The notes beneath the pieces were generated by a model. It made no database searches. It saw only the letters and a list, made by a program, of their open reading frames with translations, and had not been told where the DNA came from. DNA of 33,017 nucleotides from a virus (taxonomy: Duplodnaviria; Heunggongvirae; Uroviricota; Caudoviricetes): IMG/VR virus record IMGVR_UViG_3300029886_000150. One strand, written 5' to 3'. Positions 25,462-33,017 of this stretch are shown piece by piece; position 1 is the stretch's first letter; each line of letters begins with the position of its first letter. The translations under genes and the position numbers were made by a program.

Positions 25462-26028
25462 ATGATCGAATTTATCGCAGAGCATATAAACACAGTAAGT
25501 ACACTTATCTCCGCTTTGGCAGCATTGCTAACAGCAGTTGCTACATTTTTCTTGTGGAGAGTAACAAGGCTATTAGCAGACGAGACAAAAAGGATGGTTG
25601 ACGCATCAGTTCAACCTCATGTCGTTGTGACTCTTGAACCAAATTCTTGGGCTGCTTTTTATTTTGATATCAATATTGCTAATACCGGAAATGCCCCAGC
25701 CTATGATATTGAAGTCGGATTTAATCCCCCACTGGTTAATGCAGAACATAGAAAAAATAAAGGTATACCATTTAGCAAGGTTAGCGTATTGAAAAACGGC
25801 CATTCCCTCAACAGCAGTCTTTGTAAGTATGACCAGATTAAAGATCAAGTTTATTCTGTTAGTATTAGCTGGTCTAAACAGCCGGGCTCAACTGAAAGAG
25901 AGCGGAATGAGTATTCTTATGATATGGCTTCTTTCGAGGGGGTTAGCTACTTAGGTGCAAGGAGTCCAATGACACAGATAGCTGAGCAGATGAAAAAGAT
26001 TAGAGAAGACTGGAGGCCGATTTCCTAG
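25462..26028 (+). CDS. Membrane-anchored cargo protein, 188 aa (one N-terminal TM helix plus soluble domain), function unknown; ends at an in-frame TAG
   Basis: ATG 25462 after AAGGA; hydrophobic segment VSTLISALAALLTAVATFFLW; AT-rich. The frame stays open for 41 further codons after TAG 26026-26028, to TAA 26152-26154. Confidence 0.6.
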   Translation: MIEFIAEHINTVSTLISALAALLTAVATFFLWRVTRLLADETKRMVDASVQPHVVVTLEPNSWAAFYFDINIANTGNAPAYDIEVGFNPPLVNAEHRKNKGIPFSKVSVLKNGHSLNSSLCKYDQIKDQVYSVSISWSKQPGSTERERNEYSYDMASFEGVSYLGARSPMTQIAEQMKKIREDWRPIS

Positions 26029-26289
26029 GGAAGCAAAAAAATTAAAACAGACAACTATAATTCAAGTGACAGAGCCGAGGAACAACGAGCACGTGAAGAG
26101 TGGTATCAGACCACTGCAAAGAAATGGGATAAAGAAAAGCAAAAAGATAACTAATACAATTGACCTGCTCCCCATAAATTAGCATACCACAATCTCAGGT
26201 CCGCTCTTCGCTCAAAACAGGCTGTCAGATTTGACAGAATTTTGGTTACGTAATTTGTCAGTTGGAAACAGAGAGAGTACAAATCAAGG

Positions 26290-26414
26290 CAGGCAAGCTG
26301 ATTGCCCGCCTTTTCTTTATCTGTTGTTTCATCCACTGACCAGCCAGGTCAAATAGCGTCTCATGTACTACCCAACGGAAAATAGTTGCACCCATTAACC
26401 ACGGAGTTAAACGG
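26290..26414 (+). promoter_or_regulatory. Expected late promoter region P_F upstream of FI
   Basis: Intergenic region upstream of the FI start, assigned by position as in P2; contains the dyad TGACC-N5-GGTCA (about 26350-26364). Not confirmed as an Ogr site. Confidence 0.35.
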
Positions 26415-27605
26415 ATGAGTGACTATCATCATGGCGTGCAGGTGCTGGAGATTAACGACGGCACCCGCGTCATTTCCACCGTATCTACTGCCATTGTCGG
26501 CATGGTCTGCACGGCCAGCGATGCGGATGCGGAAACCTTTCCCCTCAATAAACCTGTACTGATTACCAATGTGCAGAGCGCAATTGCAAAGGCCGGTAAA
26601 AAAGGCACGCTGGCGGCATCGTTGCAGGCCATCGCTGACCAGTCAAAACCGGTCACCGTTGTCGTGCGCGTGGAAGACGGCACCGGTGATGACGAGGAAA
26701 CGAAACTCGCACAGACCGTTTCCAATATCATCGGCACCACCGACGAAAACGGTCAGTACACCGGACTGAAAGCCCTGCTGGCGGCGGAGTCGGTAACCGG
26801 TGTTAAACCGCGTATTCTCGGTGTGCCGGGACTGGACACCAAAGAGGTTGCTGTTGCACTGGCATCCGTCTGTCAGAAGCTGCGCGCTTTCGGATATATC
26901 AGCGCATGGGGCTGTAAGACCATTTCCGAGGTGAAAGCCTACCGCCAGAATTTCAGCCAGCGTGAGCTGATGGTCATCTGGCCGGATTTCCTCGCATGGG
27001 ATACGGTCACCAGTACCACCGCCACCGCGTATGCCACCGCCCGTGCGCTGGGTCTGCGCGCTAAAATCGACCAGGAGCAGGGCTGGCATAAAACGCTGTC
27101 CAATGTCGGGGTAAACGGTGTTACCGGCATCAGTGCCTCTGTATTCTGGGATTTGCAGGAGTCCGGCACCGATGCTGACCTGTTGAACGAGTCAGGTGTC
27201 ACAACGCTGATTCGCCGTGACGGTTTCCGCTTCTGGGGTAACCGTACCTGCTCGGATGACCCGCTGTTCCTCTTTGAAAACTATACCCGCACCGCGCAGG
27301 TGCTGGCCGACACGATGGCTGAGGCGCACATGTGGGCGGTGGACAAGCCCATCACTGTAACGCTGATTCGCGACATCGTTGACGGCATCAATGCCAAATT
27401 CCGTGAGCTGAAAACAAACGGCTATATCGTGGATGCGACCTGCTGGTTCAGCGAAGAATCCAACGATGCGGAAACCCTCAAGGCCGGAAAACTGTATATC
27501 GACTACGACTATACACCGGTGCCTCCTCTTGAAAACCTGACCCTGCGCCAGCGTATTACCGATAAATACCTGGCAAATCTGGTCACCTCGGTTAACAGCA
27601 ATTAA
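26415..27605 (+). CDS. FI: Contractile tail sheath protein FI, 396 aa
   Basis: ORF 26415..27605; 396 aa as in P2 gpFI. Confidence 0.9.
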   Translation: MSDYHHGVQVLEINDGTRVISTVSTAIVGMVCTASDADAETFPLNKPVLITNVQSAIAKAGKKGTLAASLQAIADQSKPVTVVVRVEDGTGDDEETKLAQTVSNIIGTTDENGQYTGLKALLAAESVTGVKPRILGVPGLDTKEVAVALASVCQKLRAFGYISAWGCKTISEVKAYRQNFSQRELMVIWPDFLAWDTVTSTTATAYATARALGLRAKIDQEQGWHKTLSNVGVNGVTGISASVFWDLQESGTDADLLNESGVTTLIRRDGFRFWGNRTCSDDPLFLFENYTRTAQVLADTMAEAHMWAVDKPITVTLIRDIVDGINAKFRELKTNGYIVDATCWFSEESNDAETLKAGKLYIDYDYTPVPPLENLTLRQRITDKYLANLVTSVNSN

Positions 27606-27617
27606 GGAGCCTGACCG

Positions 27618-28136
27618 ATGGCAATGCCGCGCAAACTCAAGTTAATGAACGTCTTTCTGAACGGCTACAGCTATCAGGGCGTCGCGAAGTCCGTCACGCT
27701 GCCAAAACTGACCCGTAAGCTCGAAAACTATCGCGGTGCGGGGATGAACGGCAGCGCACCGGTAGACCTCGGCCTTGATGACGATGCGCTGTCAATGGAG
27801 TGGTCGCTCGGGGGCTTCCCGGATTCGGTTATCTGGGAGCTTTACGCCGCAACCGGTGTGGATGCCGTACCGATTCGTTTTGCAGGCTCTTACCAGCGCG
27901 ACGATACCGGCGAAACGGTGGCCGTCGAGGTGGTCATGCGTGGCCGTCAGAAAGAAATCGACACCGGCGAGGGTAAACAGGGAGAAGACACCGAGTCGAA
28001 AATCTCCGTGGTCTGCACCTATTTCCGGCTGACGATGGACGGTAAGGAGCTGGTCGAAATCGACACCATCAACATGATTGAGAAGGTGAACGGCGTCGAC
28101 CGGCTGGAGCAACACCGCCGGAATATCGGCCTGTGA
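27618..28136 (+). CDS. FII: Tail tube protein FII, 172 aa
   Basis: ORF 27618..28136; 172 aa as in P2 gpFII. Confidence 0.9.
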   Translation: MAMPRKLKLMNVFLNGYSYQGVAKSVTLPKLTRKLENYRGAGMNGSAPVDLGLDDDALSMEWSLGGFPDSVIWELYAATGVDAVPIRFAGSYQRDDTGETVAVEVVMRGRQKEIDTGEGKQGEDTESKISVVCTYFRLTMDGKELVEIDTINMIEKVNGVDRLEQHRRNIGL

Positions 28137-28143
28137 TTTTCAT

Positions 28144-28164
28144 CCGGTCAGCCTGGCTGACCGG
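28144..28164 (+). terminator. Perfect 9-bp hairpin CCGGTCAGC-CTG-GCTGACCGG between FII and E (possible attenuator or RNA-stability element)
   Basis: Seen directly in the sequence; no U-tract follows, so at most a partial terminator. Confidence 0.4.
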
Positions 28165-28192
28165 TTAACCCCGATTCAGAAGTGAGAAAACC

Positions 28193-28468
28193 ATGAACAA
28201 AGAAAACGTCATTACCCTGGATAATCCGGTTAAACGTGGTGAACAGGTTATCGAACAGGTCACGCTGATGAAACCCAATGCCGGGACGCTGCGCGGTGTC
28301 AGTCTGGCTGCGGTCGCAAACTCCGAAGTCGATGCACTGATTAAAGTGCTGCCGCGCATGACGGCACCGATGCTGACCGAGCAGGAGGTCGCCACGCTGG
28401 AACTGCCTGACCTTGTGGCGCTGGCCGGTAAGGTGGTCGGTTTTTTGTCGCCGAACTCGGTGCAGTGA
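28193..28468 (+). CDS. E: Tail assembly chaperone E, 91 aa
   Basis: ORF 28193..28468; 91 aa as in P2 gpE; contains the slippery site near its 3' end. Confidence 0.85.
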   Translation: MNKENVITLDNPVKRGEQVIEQVTLMKPNAGTLRGVSLAAVANSEVDALIKVLPRMTAPMLTEQEVATLELPDLVALAGKVVGFLSPNSVQ

Positions 28469-28620
28469 CGTTTCCGAAAAATCTCTCGGTCGATGACCTG
28501 ATGGCGGATGTGGCAGTGATATTTCACTGGCCGCCATCAGAACTGTATCCCATGAGCCTGACCGAACTCATCACATGGCGCGAAAAGGCGCTCCGGCGAA
28601 GCGGAAACACGAATGAGTAA
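28193..28620 (+). CDS. E: E+E' frameshift product (programmed -1 frameshift at TTTTTTG 28442-28448)
   Basis: After the slip, the -1 frame is open from 28447 to TAA 28618-28620 (about 57 codons), overlapping the T start; same architecture as the P2 E/E' (gpG/GT-like) chaperone pair. Confidence 0.7.
28442..28448 (+). other. Slippery heptamer TTTTTTG for -1 programmed ribosomal frameshifting
   Basis: Heptamer located 6 codons before the E stop, with an open -1 frame downstream. Confidence 0.7.
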
Positions 28621-31060
28621 CAATGTAAAATTACAGGTATTGCTCAGGGCTGTTGACCAGGCATCCCGCCCGTTTAAATCCATCCGCACAGCGAGCAAGT
28701 CGCTGTCGGGGGATATCCGGGAAACACAAAAATCACTGCGCGAGCTGAACGGTCACGCATCCCGTATTGAGGGATTCCGCAAGACCAGTGCACAGCTCGC
28801 CGTGACTGGTCATGCACTTGAAAAGGCTCGGCAGGAAGCAGAAGCCCTTGCCACACAGTTTAAAAACACCGAACGTCCGACCCGTGCTCAGGCGAAAGTG
28901 CTGGAATCCGCAAAGCGTGCGGCGGAGGACTTACAGGCGAAATATAACCGCCTGACGGATTCCGTTAAACGCCAGCAGCGGGAACTGGCCGCTGTGGGAA
29001 TTAATACCCGCAATCTTGCACATGATGAGCAGGGACTGAAAAACCGTATCAGTGAAACCACCGCACAGCTTAACCGTCAGCGCGACGCGCTGGCGCGTGT
29101 CAGTGCGCAACAGGCAAAACTTAACGCAGTCAAACAGCGTTATCAGGCCGGAAAGGAGCTGGCCGGAAATATGGCCTCAGTGGGCGCTGCCGGTGTGGGG
29201 ATTGCGGCGGCGGGAACGATGGCCGGAGTTAAGCTGCTGATGCCCGGTTATGAGTTTGCGCAGAAAAACTCAGAATTGCAGGCCGTGCTCGGAGTGGCAA
29301 AAGACTCCGCCGAAATGACCGCACTACGCAAACAGGCGCGCCAGCTCGGCGACAATACCGCCGCCTCGGCGGATGATGCGGCCGGTGCACAGATAATCAT
29401 CGCGAAAGCGGGTGGGGATGTTGATGCCATTCAGGCAGCAACGCCGGTCACGCTGAATATGGCGCTGGCGAACCGCCGCACGATGGAAGAAAACGCCGCC
29501 CTGCTGATGGGGATGAAATCCGCCTTTCAGCTTTCAAACGATAAGGTCGCTCATATCGGGGATGTTCTCTCCATGACGATGAACAAAACCGCCGCCGATT
29601 TTGACGGCATGAGCGATGCGCTGACCTATGCCGCACCTGTGGCAAAAAATGCCGGTGTCAGCATTGAAGAAACCGCCGCAATGGTCGGGGCGCTGCATGA
29701 TGCAAAAATCACAGGCTCAATGGCGGGGACGGGAAGCCGTGCCGTATTAAGCCGCCTGCAGGCACCGACGGGAAAAGCATGGGATGCACTCAAAGAGCTT
29801 GGAGTGAAAACCTCAGACAGCAAGGGAAACACCCGGCCAATATTTACCATTCTGAAAGAAATGCAGGCCAGTTTTGAGAAAAACCGGCTCGGTACTGCCC
29901 AGCAGGCTGAATACATGAAAACTATTTTCGGGGAGGAGGCCAGCTCAGCCGCCGCCGTGCTGATGACTGCCGCCTCAACCGGAAAGCTGGACAAACTGAC
30001 CGCTGCGTTTAAAGCCTCAGACGGGAAGACCGCCGAGCTGGTAAATATCATGCAGGACAACCTAGGCGGTGACTTTAAAGAGTTTCAGTCCGCTTATGAG
30101 GCAGTGGGGACTGACCTGTTTGACCAGCAGGAAGGCGCACTGCGTAAGCTCACTCAGACGGCCACAAAGTATGTGTTAAAACTCGACGGCTGGATCCAGA
30201 AAAACAAATCACTGGCGTCAACCATCGGCATCATTGTCGGTGGTGCACTGGCACTGACTGGTGTCATCGGTGCCATTGGCCTCGTAGCCTAGCCGGTTAT
30301 CACCGGCATCAATGCCATCATCGCGGCAGCAGGCGCAATGGGGGCAATCTTCACGACGGTTGGCAGTGCTGTTATAACCGCCATCGGGGCGATTAGCTGG
30401 CCGGTTGTGGCCGTGGTGGCCGCCATTGTCGCCGGGGCGTTGCTTATCCGTAAATACTGGGAGCCTGTCAGCGCATTCTTTGGCGGTGTGGTGGAAGGGC
30501 TGAAAGCGGCATTTGCGCCGGTGTGGGAACTGTTCACGCCACTTAAACCGGTGTTTGACTGGCTGGGTGAAAAGTTACAGGCCGCGTGGCAGTGGTTTAA
30601 AAACCTGATTGCCCCGGTCAAAGCCACCCGGGACACCCTGAACCGTTGCCGTGACACGGGCGTCATGTTCGGGCAGGCACTGGCTGACGCGCTGATGCTG
30701 CCGCTTAATGCGTTCAACAAACTGCGCAGTGGTATTGACTGGGTACTGGAAAAACTCGGTGTTATCAACAAAGAGTCAGACACACTTGACCAGACCGCCG
30801 CCAGAACTCAAGCCGCCACGTATGGCAGCGGTGGTTATATTCCGGCGACCAGCTCTTATGCAGGTTATCAGGCTTATCAGCCGGTCACGGCACCGGCTGG
30901 CCGCTCTTATGTAGACCAGAGTAAAAACGAATATCACATCAGCCTGACGGGTGGTACTGCGCCGGGGACACAGCTCGACCGCCAGTTACAGGATGCGCTC
31001 GAAAAATACGAGCGGGATAAACGTGCGCGCGCCCGTGCCAGCATGATGCATGACGGTTAA
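28613..31060 (+). pseudogene. T: Tail tape-measure protein T, full-length frame of 815 codons interrupted by one in-frame TAG at 30290-30292 (codon 560)
   Basis: ORF track splits it into 28613..30292 (559 aa) and 30338..31060 (240 aa) in the same frame; total length equals P2 gpT (815 aa); no frameshift, a single amber codon. Confidence 0.8.
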
Positions 31061-31074
31061 GGAGGTGACGAAAA

Positions 31075-31554
31075 ATGATGCTCGCGTTAGGTATGTTTGT
31101 TTTTATGCGCCAGACGCTGCCACACCAGACCATGCAGCGTGAATCAGATTATCGCTGGCCGTCAAATTCCCGTATCGGTAAACGGGACGCTTTTCAGTTT
31201 CTCGGTGTGGGTGAGGAAAACATCACGCTTGCCGGTGTGCTTTATCCCGAACTGACCGGCGGCAAGCTGACGATGACCACGCTCAGGCTGATGGCAGAGG
31301 AGGGGCGGGCGTGGCCGTTGCTGGATGGCACCGGCATGATTTACGGCATGTATGTCATCAGCAAGGTGAGTGAAACAGGGAGTATTTTCTTTGCAGACGG
31401 CACACCCCGGAAAATTGATTTTACGCTGTCGCTCACCCGCGTTGATGAATCACTGGCCGCGCTTTATGGCGATATCGGTAAACAGGCGGAATCGCTCATC
31501 GGTAAGGCTGGCAGTATGGCGACTAAATTCACGGGTATGACGGGGGCGGGATAA
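31075..31554 (+). CDS. U: Tail protein U, 159 aa
   Basis: ORF 31075..31554; 159 aa as in P2 gpU. Confidence 0.85.
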   Translation: MMLALGMFVFMRQTLPHQTMQRESDYRWPSNSRIGKRDAFQFLGVGEENITLAGVLYPELTGGKLTMTTLRLMAEEGRAWPLLDGTGMIYGMYVISKVSETGSIFFADGTPRKIDFTLSLTRVDESLAALYGDIGKQAESLIGKAGSMATKFTGMTGAG

Positions 31555-32717
31555 TGCTGGATGCACTGACATTTGATGCAGGCAGTACGCTGACGCCGGA
31601 TTACATGCTGATGCTCGACAGCAGGGATATTACCGGCAATATCAGCGACCGTCTGATGAGCATGACCCTGACGGATAACCGGGGCTTTGAGGCTGACCAG
31701 CTTGATATTGAACTGAACGATGCCGACGGGCAGGTCGGACTACCGATTCGTGGCGCTGTCCTGACGGTGTATATCGGCTGGAAAGGTTTTGCCCTGGTAT
31801 GCAAAGGGAAATTTACCGTTGATGAGGTTGAACATCGGGGCGCACCGGATGTGGTCACCATCCGCGCCCGGAGTGCAGATTTTCGCGGGACGCTCAATTC
31901 CCGCCGTGAAGGCTCATGGCATGACACCACGCTCGGTGCGATTGTTGAGGCGATAGCCTCCCGTAACAGGCTGGAAGCCAGTGTCGCTCCGTCACTGGCC
32001 GGAATTAAAATCCCGCACATCGACCAGTCGCAGGAGTCTGATGCGAAATTTCTGACCCGTCTTGCAGAACGCAACGGCGGTGAGGTGTCGGTAAAAATGG
32101 GAAAACTGCTGTTTCTCAAAGCGGGGCAGGGGGTGACGGCCAGCGGTAAAAAAATCCCGCAGGTCACCATCACCCGCAGCGACGGTGACCGCCATCATTT
32201 TGCGATTGCTGACCGTGGAGCCTACACCGGCGTAACGGCAAAGTGGTTACACACCAAAGACCCGAAGCCGCAAAAGCAGAAGGTAAAACTGAAACGCAAA
32301 AAGAAAGAGAAACACCTGCGCGCACTGGAGCACCCGAAAGCGAAACCGGTCACGCAGAAGAAAGCGCCAAAAGTACCGGAAGCGCGCGAAGGTGAATACA
32401 TGGCAGGTGAGGCTGACAATGTTTTTGCCCTGACCACGGTATATGCCACGAAAGCGCAGGCCATGCGCGCCGCTCAGGCGAAGTGGGATAAACTGCAACG
32501 GGGCGTTGCGGAGTTCTCCATCAGCCTGGCTACCGGTCGGGCTGATATTTACACGGAAACACCGGTTAAAGTGTCAGGCTTTAAGCGCGTCATAGACGAG
32601 CAGGACTGGACAATCACTAAGGTGACACATTTTCTGAATAATAGCGGCTTCACGACGTCCTTAGAGCTTGAGGTCAGGCTTTCTGATGTGGAGTACGAAA
32701 CAGAAGATGATGAGTGA
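31554..32717 (+). CDS. D: Tail protein D (baseplate hub / late control), 387 aa
   Basis: ORF 31554..32717; 387 aa as in P2 gpD. Confidence 0.9.
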   Translation: MLDALTFDAGSTLTPDYMLMLDSRDITGNISDRLMSMTLTDNRGFEADQLDIELNDADGQVGLPIRGAVLTVYIGWKGFALVCKGKFTVDEVEHRGAPDVVTIRARSADFRGTLNSRREGSWHDTTLGAIVEAIASRNRLEASVAPSLAGIKIPHIDQSQESDAKFLTRLAERNGGEVSVKMGKLLFLKAGQGVTASGKKIPQVTITRSDGDRHHFAIADRGAYTGVTAKWLHTKDPKPQKQKVKLKRKKKEKHLRALEHPKAKPVTQKKAPKVPEAREGEYMAGEADNVFALTTVYATKAQAMRAAQAKWDKLQRGVAEFSISLATGRADIYTETPVKVSGFKRVIDEQDWTITKVTHFLNNSGFTTSLELEVRLSDVEYETEDDE

Positions 32718-32798
32718 TGTTTTTATTTTATCTGTTTGTTTTATAAGGATAAATTAACTAAAATGGCACCATTAACAAAACCGGAAGAGGTGCTCGCG

Positions 32799-33017
32799 AT
32801 GTTTCATTGTCCTTTATGCCAGCATGCCGCACATGCGCGTACAAGTCGCTATATCACTGACACGACAAAAGAGCGTTATCACCAGTGTCAGAACGTGAAT
32901 TGCAGCGCCACGTTCATCACTTATGAGTCGGTACAGCGATACATTGTGAAGCCGGGAGAAGTCCACGCCGTGAGGCCGCACCCGTTGCCGTCAGGGCAGC
33001 AAATTATGTGGATGTAA
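32799..33017 (+). CDS. ogr: Late transcription activator Ogr (zinc-finger), 72 aa
   Basis: ORF track 32736 extended; ATG 32799 (MFHCPLCQHAAHARTSRYITDTTKERYHQCQNVNCSATF...) matches P2 Ogr as recalled; C4 zinc finger; last gene before the expected attachment site. Confidence 0.9.
   Translation: MFHCPLCQHAAHARTSRYITDTTKERYHQCQNVNCSATFITYESVQRYIVKPGEVHAVRPHPLPSGQQIMWM

Noticed and set aside
25173-25601. 142-aa plus-strand ORF overlapping the start of the 188-aa membrane protein in another frame (and 65-aa ORFs at 25096-25293 and 25163-25360)
   Set aside because: No ribosome-binding site, odd composition, and an out-of-frame overlap with a better-supported gene; treated as noncoding intergenic sequence.
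26151-26336. 61-aa minus-strand ORF in the region upstream of FI
   Set aside because: Lies in the expected late-promoter region for FI, with no ribosome-binding site and no similarity to anything I recognise; more likely noncoding.
29626-30783. Minus-strand ORFs (144 aa and 164 aa) inside the tape-measure gene T
   Set aside because: Antisense to T; Ala/Ser/Thr-rich products reflect the complement of the Ala-rich tape-measure coding sequence.
31601-32173. 190-aa minus-strand ORF inside gene D
   Set aside because: Antisense to a conserved tail gene with the expected P2 length; no start context.
1-33017. tRNA, rRNA or insertion-sequence elements
   Set aside because: I found no cloverleaf-like tRNA candidates, no rRNA-like sequence, and no transposase ORF or terminal inverted repeats; the only recombinase is the phage integrase. 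The att core sites are expected just outside the window and cannot be assessed.

Overview
The window is essentially the entire interior of a P2-like temperate myovirus prophage (Peduovirus type), running from the stop codon of the integrase (pos 1) to the stop codon of ogr (pos 33017); the att sites lie outside the window. Gene order, strand and protein lengths match the P2 backbone almost gene for gene: int, C, cox, B, A on the left, then Q, P (minus strand), O, N, M, L, X, the lysis cassette Y, K, lysA, lysB, lysC, and the tail genes R, S, V, W, J, I, H, G, FI, FII, E/E', T, U, D, ogr. Three visibly AT-rich cargo loci interrupt this backbone at the positions where P2 carries its accessory genes: (1) 6131-8582 between A and cos (the tin/old position), with four ORFs including an ASCH-like protein, a 2-TM protein and a 224-aa protein; (2) 18165-18950 between S and V (the orf30 position), one 3-TM protein on the opposite strand; (3) 24238-26414 between G and FI (the Z/fun position), with a minus-strand DUF3606-like gene, a 92-aa protein and a plus-strand membrane-anchored 188-aa protein. 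I cannot assign any of these cargo proteins to a known defence family from sequence alone; they are the best candidates for an undescribed anti-phage or exclusion function. Also notable: the tape-measure gene T is full length (815 codons) but carries one in-frame TAG at 30290-30292; the tail-fibre gene H holds about 3.5 tandem 132-bp coding repeats; a 19-nt match to the P2 cohesive end sits at 8724-8742; and two related hairpin elements bracket the 2-TM cargo gene. No tRNA, rRNA, CRISPR array or IS element was recognised. All coordinates were counted by hand from the ORF track and sequence; similarity statements are from memory of the P2 proteins, not from a search.
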